Of a stretch of DNA of 64,000 bases, positions 18,552 through 26,544 are shown piece by piece; position 1 is the stretch's first letter; every line of letters begins with the position of its first letter. Location: IMG/VR virus record IMGVR_UViG_3300028393_000021; one strand, given 5' to 3'. The stretch comes from a virus. A program made the translations under genes and the position numbers. The notes below the pieces were generated by a model. It was not told the DNA's origin and ran no database searches. It was given only the letters and a program-made list of their open reading frames with translations.

Positions 18552-18992
18552 ATGGGAACACGAAGCACTATTGCATTGGAATTCGCAGACGGCACAGTCC
18601 AGCAAGTATATTGCCACTGGGATGGTTACTTGGAGCACAACGGCAAGATCCTGTTGGAACACTACAGCGATCCGTTCAAACTGCGCGACTTGATTGACTT
18701 GGGCGACATGTCCAGCTTGGCCGCTAACATTGGTACACAACACAGCTTCAACAACCTAGTCGAAGGCGAATGCACATTCTACGGACGCGATCGCGGCGAG
18801 ACTAGTGTAAGTGCCAAGCAGTTCAAAGACATCGAGGACTATTACGCAAACGTCCAAGGCGAGGAATACGACTATATCCTCAGCATGAACTGGGAAGGCA
18901 AGGCTCAGTGGTATGTGCGACACTACGCAACTGGCGGCACTTGGATTGGATTAGAAATGGCATTTGAACAACAAGCAAAGGAAACAGCATGA
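18552..18992 (+). CDS. Hypothetical early protein (MGTRSTIA...YCHWDGY)
   Basis: Promoter 18491, SD aggag. Confidence 0.75.
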   Translation: MGTRSTIALEFADGTVQQVYCHWDGYLEHNGKILLEHYSDPFKLRDLIDLGDMSSLAANIGTQHSFNNLVEGECTFYGRDRGETSVSAKQFKDIEDYYANVQGEEYDYILSMNWEGKAQWYVRHYATGGTWIGLEMAFEQQAKETA

Positions 18993-19171
18993 GCACACTG
19001 AAAGATTTGGCCTACGATATCGAGCAACTGTATATCGACGGCTTCAACTCGCGAGCTATTGCAAACGAATTGAACTGCCCGATTGAGATTGTTCTGGGCG
19101 CATTGGAAGCAATGAATGTGGCTGATGCGCCACAAGAGGAGGAGATTTATAGTCCCTACTACGGCGCCTAA
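18989..19171 (+). CDS. Hypothetical protein, possible small HTH
   Basis: GFNSRAIANELNCP segment; ATGA overlap. Confidence 0.6.
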   Translation: MSTLKDLAYDIEQLYIDGFNSRAIANELNCPIEIVLGALEAMNVADAPQEEEIYSPYYGA

Positions 19172-19271
19172 CTCCAAATAATGGTTGACAACGTTCCAAA
19201 ATCGTTGTATAATTAAATTATGGACAGCAAGGTGCTGCTCATATTACACAGACACACATAAAGGAATTATC

Positions 19272-19682
19272 ATGTCTAAATCATTTACCCATGCAGGCGT
19301 TTCTAAACAAGACGGTCAGTTCAAAGTTCGCTTCGCCAATGATGCTCTTCGAGTCAAGGTCTTGGCCAAGAACGGTCACAGCGATATCGATATCATCGAG
19401 CTCAAAGAGCCTATGAGCAAAGAAGATGCTATTGCATTTCTAATATCCATTGACTTCGCTACACAAAACGGTGTTACCAACGCCGCAGTCCAAGCTGCTC
19501 TATTTGATGCAGTTGACAAACGGGCCGTTGCCCCTGCTAAGACCGCCAAAGTCAAGGCAGTCAAAGCAGTCAAGACCGCGCCCACAATGGAATCCATCAA
19601 GGCCAAGGCCACTAAGGCAGCTCCTAAGAGCACAGTGTCCAAAGCAGAGATTGTTGCACAGATGGAAGACGCACCCTACTAA
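19272..19682 (+). CDS. Hypothetical protein with Lys/Ala-rich histone-like tail
   Basis: AKTAKVKAVKAVKTAP...; promoter 19185, SD aagga. Confidence 0.7.
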   Translation: MSKSFTHAGVSKQDGQFKVRFANDALRVKVLAKNGHSDIDIIELKEPMSKEDAIAFLISIDFATQNGVTNAAVQAALFDAVDKRAVAPAKTAKVKAVKAVKTAPTMESIKAKATKAAPKSTVSKAEIVAQMEDAPY

Positions 19683-19771
19683 GCACTGCGGGGTATTGGG
19701 GCCAGAGTGCCCCTCTTTGGAGAACACACTATATTCATATGCTGTGTTCTCCAAAGACACTAGGAAATAAC

Positions 19772-20029
19772 ATGAGCAGACTTTCGTTATATGGCAGGCA
19801 ATGGGTGGTATTTGATGCTCAGAACAAGCAACATCGTCAGTGGTTTGCAGGGTTCCAAAAACGAAATTCTTGGAGCGATTGTCCCGTACGTTTCATTATT
19901 GATGATGAGAACGGAGACTTACTAACCATGATACAACGCCGCTTGATTGATTATTACACCGTTCGAGAATTCGGCAAAATAAAGAAACAAAAAATAGTTC
20001 AAAAAAGATTGACATTGATTAAAGATTAA
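19772..20029 (+). CDS. Hypothetical protein (MSRLSLYG...)
   Basis: SD agga directly after a 13-bp hairpin. Confidence 0.65.
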   Translation: MSRLSLYGRQWVVFDAQNKQHRQWFAGFQKRNSWSDCPVRFIIDDENGDLLTMIQRRLIDYYTVREFGKIKKQKIVQKRLTLIKD

Positions 20030-20079
20030 TGTAATATAATTGTAACTGTGCAAACAGTACAACATTAAGGAAAACAAAA

Positions 20080-20355
20080 ATGCAAACTTTAAACATCAAC
20101 AAGGGTACTAAAACCCACAAGTTATTTACAGCCCTCAAAGAGGGTGACAAGGTAACTGCTAGTCAGGCTGAAAAGCGTTTTGGTATCAAGAACGTGTCCG
20201 CTGAAGTTAGTCGCATTCGTCAAGCAGGTTTTGCTGTGTATCGTAAGAACCGCGTGGCCGGTAATCATACTCATGTGGTCGAGTATGTGATGGGCACACC
20301 GTCACGTGAGATCGTTGCCGCTGGCTATCGTGCTATGCAACTTGGTCTAGTCTAA
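20080..20355 (+). CDS. Winged helix-turn-helix DNA-binding protein
   Basis: VTASQAEKRFGIKNVSAEVSRIRQAGFAV pattern. Confidence 0.65.
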   Translation: MQTLNINKGTKTHKLFTALKEGDKVTASQAEKRFGIKNVSAEVSRIRQAGFAVYRKNRVAGNHTHVVEYVMGTPSREIVAAGYRAMQLGLV

Positions 20356-20550
20356 AAGTTGCTCCGAAGTCCTGTAGAAATACAGGCATTAAGCCCGGAG
20401 GGTAGTGTCTCCGGCAACCCCCGAAAGCCCTGCTCGTGAGAGTCGGGCTTTCTCCTATTTGCCTTTCCATTTACTAGCTGCCTTCATCCGTTCGGTTGAC
20501 AGATAAATACTTCGACGTTATAATTAAGACTCGAACAAGGAGATCAAGCT

Positions 20551-20895
20551 ATGAAAAAGATTCTTATCGCCCTAGCACTCGGTGCTACCCTAGTCAGCAG
20601 TGCCCAAGCACAATGGGATCGACATCACGGACACCACGGCGGCTATCGCGCCCAAAGTGGAGGCAATTGGATTGCACCCTTGATCATCGGTGGCATTGCT
20701 GGTGCAGTGATTGCCCGTGAGTCGGCTCCTGTGATTGTTCAACCTCAATCGGTCTATGTCCAACCTCAAGTGATTGCTCAACAACCACAAGGCTTCGTTC
20801 AATGCCCTCCAGGAACTATGCCCTTTGAACAGCGTGGATGGGTTCGCAATCCGTGGGGTCAATGGATCCAATCTTCTTATATCGAATGTAAATAA
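20551..20895 (+). CDS. Secreted or membrane protein with signal peptide and Gly-zipper-like helix
   Basis: MKKILIALALGATLVSSAQA; IIGGIAGAVIA; Q/P-rich. Confidence 0.7.
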   Translation: MKKILIALALGATLVSSAQAQWDRHHGHHGGYRAQSGGNWIAPLIIGGIAGAVIARESAPVIVQPQSVYVQPQVIAQQPQGFVQCPPGTMPFEQRGWVRNPWGQWIQSSYIECK

Positions 20896-20959
20896 CCCTA
20901 TTGGTTGACAGGTTTCTATTTTGGTGTTATAATACATACATAGACAACAAGGAGCTGAC

Positions 20960-21181
20960 ATGGGATATAAGGTTATTGCTGGCAAGGACGAGATGGACAT
21001 GATGCGTCAGAAATACGGTCCACGTAAGGGACTCGAAGGTCCGTTTAACTTCTCAGGCAGAGTGTTGTATTATGACAACATAGAGGGTGCCTACTACGAT
21101 CCAACCACTGACTTCTACGTGGAGCAGAGTGAGATGGACCTGATCAACAACCGATTGATGGAGATACTGGCCCGTGCCTAA
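20960..21181 (+). CDS. Hypothetical early protein
   Basis: Promoter 20905, SD aaggag. Confidence 0.7.
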   Translation: MGYKVIAGKDEMDMMRQKYGPRKGLEGPFNFSGRVLYYDNIEGAYYDPTTDFYVEQSEMDLINNRLMEILARA

Positions 21182-21371
21182 CATCAGAATCCATCCAGAC
21201 TTGAATCCCCTAGAGGTCATCCTGGTAGAGGATCATATGAGCAAGGTTGCTCCTTTGGTTAATGTCTACACTATGACCAAGGGCAACGATTGCATCTGGG
21301 TCTTCTACGACCACTTCAATCTCTACTATACTTTCAAAGACGGCAAGATACATGACATCCAAATTGATTAG
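21174..21371 (+). CDS. Hypothetical protein
   Basis: GTG start overlapping upstream ORF; SD ggag. Confidence 0.55.
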   Translation: MPNIRIHPDLNPLEVILVEDHMSKVAPLVNVYTMTKGNDCIWVFYDHFNLYYTFKDGKIHDIQID

Positions 21372-21560
21372 TGTTTACCAAGAGACCACAGACTTCACAG
21401 ACGGCCAAAACGGCAACCATATCTACATCTTCAAAGAACGTATGTAGGTCGTAGTGCCACAGCAATCGCCTACATCCCACGTGGTCAAACTAAAGTACAC
21501 AGATTTAAGACACCTATGAAACTGGACCTTAAAGGAAGGACATTCGAGGAAATCACTTGA
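21364..21560 (+). pseudogene. Small ORF apparently broken by a 1-nt frameshift at 21445-21447
   Basis: LISVYQETTD...NHIYIFKERM-TAG, continued in the -1 frame by GRSATAIAYIPRG...KGRTFEEIT-TGA. Confidence 0.45.
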
Positions 21561-21612
21561 CAAAGAGGTAAAACCTTGCTATAATACATACATAGACACT
21601 AAGGAGCACTAA

Positions 21613-21990
21613 ATGAGCGATTTCAAAAGCTGGGAAGAGATGAGCGTATTAGAGCAATATGGTTGCCAGTACTGGGATATGTACAAGGATGCCTACGGTG
21701 TTCGTCCACGCGGTATCGATACTTCCACTTGGACCGAGGCGGACTTTGAAGCCTCATTCGCTGATCTGGCAAAGATGATCAATCATGAAGCAGTCCTGCG
21801 TGAGGAACGTGAAGCAACGGCCATTAAGGCGTTTGAAGACCGTGTGCAGATCCTATTAGGTATGGGTGCAGATGATCGTGCTATGGCCCTGCGTTGGATA
21901 CATGAGGCAGAAGAGACTAGCGGGGACGACGAGTACCTCTGCTACACTTTGGGCTTGCCATATCGTTACTTTGTCAAGGAGACAGTATGA
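21613..21990 (+). CDS. Hypothetical early protein
   Basis: Promoter 21557, SD aaggag. Confidence 0.75.
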   Translation: MSDFKSWEEMSVLEQYGCQYWDMYKDAYGVRPRGIDTSTWTEADFEASFADLAKMINHEAVLREEREATAIKAFEDRVQILLGMGADDRAMALRWIHEAEETSGDDEYLCYTLGLPYRYFVKETV

Positions 21991-22145
21991 GTGCATGGGA
22001 GTTCGCAGAGTTCCGCATTGGACGACTGTTCCACTGCAATGGCAACGACTATATCAAACAATCAACTCGCACCGCAAGGATGCTGAGCAACGGCCGGGTC
22101 TTCTACTTTGGCCGCAAAGAGATCATTTACCCAATTGCCTATTAA
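21987..22145 (+). CDS. Hypothetical 52-aa protein (MSAWEFAE...)
   Basis: Hand translation; SD aaggag; ATGA overlap. Confidence 0.65.
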   Translation: MSAWEFAEFRIGRLFHCNGNDYIKQSTRTARMLSNGRVFYFGRKEIIYPIAY

Positions 22146-22208
22146 CCCTAATGGTTGACAGGGTATCAAAATCCTGTTATAATACATACATCGCAACAAG
22201 GAGCAGAG

Positions 22209-22439
22209 ATGATCAAAGAAGCAATCTACACTAGATTCTACGATGAACGACACGGTGGACCATACGATCGCGGTCAAGCCGACAGCTGGTATGGACGTGA
22301 ATACAATCCCCACTACTTCGTTGGTGACAGCTATTCCAGCCCACGCATCGAGTTGGCACAGATGACACCCGATGAGATCGTGGCCTATACCGCAGGCTAC
22401 ACTGACAACGAATCCAACGGCCTTCACAAGGAGTATTGA
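22209..22439 (+). CDS. Hypothetical early protein
   Basis: Promoter 22155, SD aaggag. Confidence 0.7.
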   Translation: MIKEAIYTRFYDERHGGPYDRGQADSWYGREYNPHYFVGDSYSSPRIELAQMTPDEIVAYTAGYTDNESNGLHKEY

Positions 22440-22440
22440 T

Positions 22441-22536
22441 ATGACCGCACTGATTAACCTTGCACTGGTAATGATCCTTCCACTGACGGCCTTGGGTTTG
22501 GCCATTGTCCTTGCACCCTACTTAGGAGTTGAATAA
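22441..22536 (+). CDS. 31-aa hydrophobic peptide
   Basis: MTALINLALVMILPLTALGLAIVLAPYLGVE; SD aaggag. Confidence 0.6.
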   Translation: MTALINLALVMILPLTALGLAIVLAPYLGVE

Positions 22537-22745
22537 TGAACGATAACGATAAGAACAACCTCTTGTTCCTGATGACTTTGGATCCGAAATCCCTCAAGGC
22601 TTGGTACATCCAATCGGACGAGGATGACCGCCTGTATGCTGAAGAACTCATGGCGCAGGCACATCTAATCGCAATCGACGCCCGTGTGGCACAGATGCAA
22701 CAGTTCAAAGAAGCCAAAAAAGTTCTTGCTCAATTCGCACTTTGA
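22536..22745 (+). CDS. Hypothetical protein
   Basis: SD aggag; TAATG overlap. Confidence 0.7.
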   Translation: MNDNDKNNLLFLMTLDPKSLKAWYIQSDEDDRLYAEELMAQAHLIAIDARVAQMQQFKEAKKVLAQFAL

Positions 22746-22780
22746 TCGTATAATACATATATCGCAACAAGGAGCACTAC

Positions 22781-23158
22781 ATGGCCAAGACACTTAAAGA
22801 CATTGACAGCAACAAACTGGGCGACTACCTAGAGGACTACTGCAACGAGAGCTTGAACAAGAAGCTCCGCAAGTTCCTAGTTCTAGATAGCCCTAGCAAC
22901 ATAGAAGACATCCTGGACAAGGCCGACATAACAGAGGTTGAAGACATAGACGTCCGAGTGGGCATTGCTGTGGCAGAAGCTACCTTGTTGGAAGTTAACC
23001 GGGCGCTCAAAGCACAGGGCATCGACTTCGAGTTCCGCCGCTTCGATATGGCAGAATACGATACCTATATGTTAGTGAACACTAAGGAAAACCTTAAGGC
23101 CACGGCAGAACGAGTGCGGGGCACTCGACGCATGTACGGGCAAGCGGCACCTTTCTAA
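22781..23158 (+). CDS. Hypothetical early protein
   Basis: TATAAT at 22749, SD aaggag. Confidence 0.7.
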   Translation: MAKTLKDIDSNKLGDYLEDYCNESLNKKLRKFLVLDSPSNIEDILDKADITEVEDIDVRVGIAVAEATLLEVNRALKAQGIDFEFRRFDMAEYDTYMLVNTKENLKATAERVRGTRRMYGQAAPF

Positions 23159-23225
23159 AGACCCTACTAGTTGACAGGGCTTTGAAAAGACGTTATAATA
23201 CATACTTAAACAACAAAGGAACACA

Positions 23226-23357
23226 ATGACTACAGTACCTAAACCAATCCCATCCAGCACCGGCGGCGTTATTACCTACACCCCGACCGGACTGATCCAC
23301 TCCGCAGGCAAAGCCTACTCAGGTAAGATTGCCCAACAAGAAGCCAAAGGCAAGTGA
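23226..23357 (+). CDS. Hypothetical 43-aa protein (MTTVPKPI...)
   Basis: Hand translation; promoter 23171, SD aaagga. Confidence 0.6.
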   Translation: MTTVPKPIPSSTGGVITYTPTGLIHSAGKAYSGKIAQQEAKGK

Positions 23358-23563
23358 TGGACAAATTCATTACAGCCATCGGAGCCACAGTGGTCGTCGT
23401 AGGTGGCTTGATCCTACTGAGCCTGGTCCTGTCACTGCCTGTGATGTGGCTGTGGGACTGGCTGATGCCTACGATCTTCGGACTCAAAGAGATCACCCTG
23501 TTACAGGCATGGGGTTTGAACTGCCTGTGTAGCCTGTTGTTTAAAAACCACATCAGCAAATAA
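23357..23563 (+). CDS. Small membrane protein
   Basis: Two hydrophobic helices; TGATG overlap. Confidence 0.6.
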   Translation: MDKFITAIGATVVVVGGLILLSLVLSLPVMWLWDWLMPTIFGLKEITLLQAWGLNCLCSLLFKNHISK

Positions 23564-23621
23564 CTGTTGACAAACCGGTAAAACCTTGTTATAATACAAG
23601 CATAGCAACAAAGGAAACACT

Positions 23622-23807
23622 ATGAAAAACCCAATTGGCAAGTTCAACATGTTCGCAACTCCAGACAGTGTGGATGCACTCTGCGCTCGTATTGAGCAAC
23701 TGAGCGGTGCCGAGCGTACTATTGCATATACATACGCCGCAATGATGATGAATCTTTGTTCGGAAATGGTCAACAAAGAGATGCAAAAAGACTTGACAGA
23801 AGTTTGA
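23622..23807 (+). CDS. Hypothetical early protein
   Basis: Promoter 23567, SD aaagga. Confidence 0.7.
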   Translation: MKNPIGKFNMFATPDSVDALCARIEQLSGAERTIAYTYAAMMMNLCSEMVNKEMQKDLTEV

Positions 23808-23851
23808 AACAGTGTTATAATACATACATGTTAAACAAAAAGGAAACTAAG

Positions 23852-24199
23852 ATGGAACTCACAGCACAACAAGTCCAAACTATCGTTAACGATGCAATGA
23901 CTTCAGCCGCAGAAGCCGCCAAGCGTGAACTGGCCAAATACGGCGATCGCGATTGCTGTGGCTTTGCTTGGGTTAACGTATACGACTTTAAAGGCACTAA
24001 GATCCGTGCTAACTCAAAGTTGGGCAAGGCATTGATTGCCGCCGGTGTACGCAAAGACTACTCAGGAGCATACTGCCTGTGGAATCCCAGCAAGGCCGGT
24101 ACACAGAGCATGGGCATCCTGGAAGCAGGGGCATATGCGGCCGCTGAGGTATTCAAAGCCGCTGGCTTCACAGCCTACGCTGGCTCGCGCATGGACTAA
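23852..24199 (+). CDS. Hypothetical early protein (MELTAQQ...DCCGFAWV)
   Basis: Promoter 23793, SD aagga. Confidence 0.7.
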   Translation: MELTAQQVQTIVNDAMTSAAEAAKRELAKYGDRDCCGFAWVNVYDFKGTKIRANSKLGKALIAAGVRKDYSGAYCLWNPSKAGTQSMGILEAGAYAAAEVFKAAGFTAYAGSRMD

Positions 24200-24266
24200 T
24201 TAGAGATAGACAGGACTTAGGTCCTGTGCTATAATACACTTTTAACACACACTAGGAACACACACT

Positions 24267-25136
24267 ATGGCTACAGCAAAGAAAGCATCCACCAAAGCCT
24301 CCACAGTACTGGAGTTTGACACAGCCGCTATCCTACGCAATGAACAGGCAGTGGCACAAGAAACAGATCAAGAGATCTTGGCCCGACTAGGCGAACGCTT
24401 TGAAATCTTGGACCAAATGACTAAGGCAGTTAAACAAGGCGATATTAGAGCTATGATCGTATCAGGACCTCCTGGTGTTGGCAAATCCTTTGGTGTTGAG
24501 AAAGTTCTGCAAAAAGCCGAACTGTTCAATACGCTAGCAGAGAAGAAACCTAAGTTTGAGATTGTTAAAGGCGCTATGAGTGCCTTGGGACTCTATGCTA
24601 AACTCTATGAGTTCAGCGGCGAAGGCAACGTTGTGGTGTTTGACGACTGTGACTCAATCCTTATGGAAGACTTGAGCTTGAACATCTTGAAAGGTGCATT
24701 GGACAGCTCCACTCGACGCTTTATTGCTTGGAACACTGACAGTCGACTACTCCGTAGTGAAGGCATTCCAGATCGCTTTGAGTTTAAAGGTGCTGCTATC
24801 TTTATTACTAACATCAAATTCGAACACGTTAAGAGCAAGCGACTTAGAGATCACTTGGACGCATTGGAAAGCCGTTGCCACTACATTGATCTGCAAATGG
24901 ATACGAATCGTGAGAAACTACTCCGTATCCGACAGGTGGTTGAACAGGGCAAGATGCTGGAACGCTTTGACTTTGAACAACTGCAAAAGGACGAACTCAT
25001 TGAGTTTGTAGAGGCTAATCAACTTAAATTACGTGAACTGAGCTTGCGTATGGTACTTAAACTTGCAGACCTACGCAAAGGCTTCCCTAATAATTGGCAA
25101 GCTATGGCCAAGACTACATGTATGAAAAGAATATGA
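24267..25136 (+). CDS. AAA+ family ATPase
   Basis: Walker A GPPGVGKS, Walker B VVVFDD, FITN sensor, SR arginine finger. Confidence 0.85.
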   Translation: MATAKKASTKASTVLEFDTAAILRNEQAVAQETDQEILARLGERFEILDQMTKAVKQGDIRAMIVSGPPGVGKSFGVEKVLQKAELFNTLAEKKPKFEIVKGAMSALGLYAKLYEFSGEGNVVVFDDCDSILMEDLSLNILKGALDSSTRRFIAWNTDSRLLRSEGIPDRFEFKGAAIFITNIKFEHVKSKRLRDHLDALESRCHYIDLQMDTNREKLLRIRQVVEQGKMLERFDFEQLQKDELIEFVEANQLKLRELSLRMVLKLADLRKGFPNNWQAMAKTTCMKRI

Positions 25137-25369
25137 ACTGGGAACGCCTAGCAGTATATGCAACCCTAGGTGTCCTATTGGATACTCTAGAGCAGGGTGT
25201 CAGCACATGGGGCTTCTGGTGTATGTTGGCCTTGTTTGTACTCAGCGATTACCTAGGCCGTAAGGCTGGATACGAAGACGGTGTGGTGCATGGTATGATT
25301 ACCTACATCAACGCCAATGAACAACAACGCCAAGACTTAGATAAGATAGTAAAAGAACACAATGACTAA
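25133..25369 (+). CDS. Small membrane protein (MNWERL...)
   Basis: ATGA overlap with ATPase stop; hydrophobic segments. Confidence 0.6.
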   Translation: MNWERLAVYATLGVLLDTLEQGVSTWGFWCMLALFVLSDYLGRKAGYEDGVVHGMITYINANEQQRQDLDKIVKEHND

Positions 25370-25637
25370 TACCTCAGCCGCTACCACATGTACTTACTTG
25401 GGCTCAAGCCTTATACCCTGCGGTTGCCCCACAGTCTACAGCAAGAGCTACTGTATAGAGCATGTAGGCCTAGTGTATAAGATAGGCTCTGCACGAGCAC
25501 GCCGTGTTAAGGACATTAAGGTGGCTGCTGCCGTGTGGGACTTAGAATCAGAGTTCAACGCCGCTGTAGAAGAACTGATACTGGAAGGCTACGACTTTGC
25601 TGAACCCACTTGGGACTGTGAGGTAGAGGAGGCCTGA
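25362..25637 (+). CDS. Hypothetical Cys-containing (possible Zn-binding) protein
   Basis: C...CGC...YCIEH pattern. Confidence 0.6.
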   Translation: MTNTSAATTCTYLGSSLIPCGCPTVYSKSYCIEHVGLVYKIGSARARRVKDIKVAAAVWDLESEFNAAVEELILEGYDFAEPTWDCEVEEA

Positions 25638-25839
25638 GGGGGGTGGCCGGCCATGGTCAGGCATGGTCGGGGGGCTAGTAAACAATTTGCTTGCCCCTTA
25701 ACTGCTAGCTAGCTTGCCTAAAATTCCCATTAATTTTAAGGTCGACCTAGACTAGATCACCAGGGGCCGAGATCTCTGGACCTATTAAAAATTGCGCTAC
25801 AATTTTTTTAGGGTTGTATATAGATTTCTGGGCACTCGC

Positions 25840-25863
25840 AAAAAAACCCGCCTCAGCGGGTTT
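25840..25863 (-). terminator. Intrinsic terminator of the OMP-like gene
   Basis: aaacccgc-ctca-gcgggttt with an A7 run on + (U run on -). Confidence 0.75.
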
Positions 25864-25880
25864 GTTCTATCTAATTTTGA

Positions 25881-26441
25881 TTAGAAATTAAACGCTAGTC
25901 CCAGACCAAATGCATTTTCTTTAATGTCTTGGTAACTCTTGCTTGCGTTCAAGTTAACTGTAACACCTTTAGCAACTGGAATACTATATGTAGCAAAACC
26001 AACTGTTTGTTTAGTGTCAACTTTTTCTGTGCTACTCACTCGAGTCTTGATCCCTACTAGGGCAAAACCTGGACCAACTTTGGCACCAGTTGTGGCACCA
26101 ATTAGTCCGTAGTTATAGCCGGTTTTAGCTGCACCGTTAAGTCCGTTGTCGTGACCAACGCCCACAAATGGAGTAACCCCTGCAAAGTTGATTTTATTGT
26201 TAGCCATTGTAGCTTCAAAGCTGTTTAACAGGCCGCCGCCGTTGATTGTAGCAGTACGGCTTTGTACGCCCAATTGATAGTCTCCAAATCCTTTACCGGC
26301 ACGGATGTATTGCGCGATACTATCTTTAGCGCCTTTTACGCCGCTAGTATTGTTAACAGTGTCAATATCAACAGACATGTAGTCTGCGGCAAACGCAGTA
26401 CCGAAAGTGGCAAGGGTTAAGATTGCTAAAATTTTCTTCAT
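25881..26441 (-). CDS. Outer-membrane beta-barrel-like protein
   Basis: Signal peptide MKKILAILTLATFGTAFA; amphipathic strands; C-terminal GLGLAFNF ending in Phe. Confidence 0.65.
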   Translation of the reverse strand: MKKILAILTLATFGTAFAADYMSVDIDTVNNTSGVKGAKDSIAQYIRAGKGFGDYQLGVQSRTATINGGGLLNSFEATMANNKINFAGVTPFVGVGHDNGLNGAAKTGYNYGLIGATTGAKVGPGFALVGIKTRVSSTEKVDTKQTVGFATYSIPVAKGVTVNLNASKSYQDIKENAFGLGLAFNF

Positions 26442-26515
26442 TTTTTAATTTCCTTTAAAGTTAATGACTTTTGTGTCATTGTACTAGTATATATGCCTAT
26501 TACACAGAGGTCAAT

Positions 26516-26542
26516 AAAAAAGGCAACCTAAGCCGCCTTTTT
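26516..26542 (-). terminator. Intrinsic terminator downstream of tmRNA
   Basis: On -: ggcggc-ttag-gttgcc followed by tttttt. Confidence 0.75.
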
Positions 26543-26544
26543 GG

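Larger units (their letters stand above)
11907..24235. promoter_or_regulatory. Array of about 30 near-consensus sigma70 early promoters, roughly one per 1-2 ORFs
   Basis: -35 boxes (TTGACA or close, mostly 17-nt spacer, TATAAT or close) start at 11972, 12412, 13013, 13409, 13610, 13857, 14121, 14492, 14842, 15529, 16359, 16594, 16821, 17369, 17750, 18256, 18491, 19185, 20009, 20496, 20905, 21557, 22155, 22726, 23171, 23567, 23793, 24207 on + and 11935 on -. Confidence 0.92.

Noticed and set aside
21442-21450. Genome-wide TAG reassignment
   Set aside because: Core genes are intact in the standard code, several end in TAG, and readthrough here gives a less plausible peptide than a frameshift.
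11907-24235. CRISPR array suggested by recurring motifs
   Set aside because: Repeats are degenerate promoters and leaders separated by whole ORFs of variable length, not fixed repeats with 30-40 nt spacers; no cas genes.
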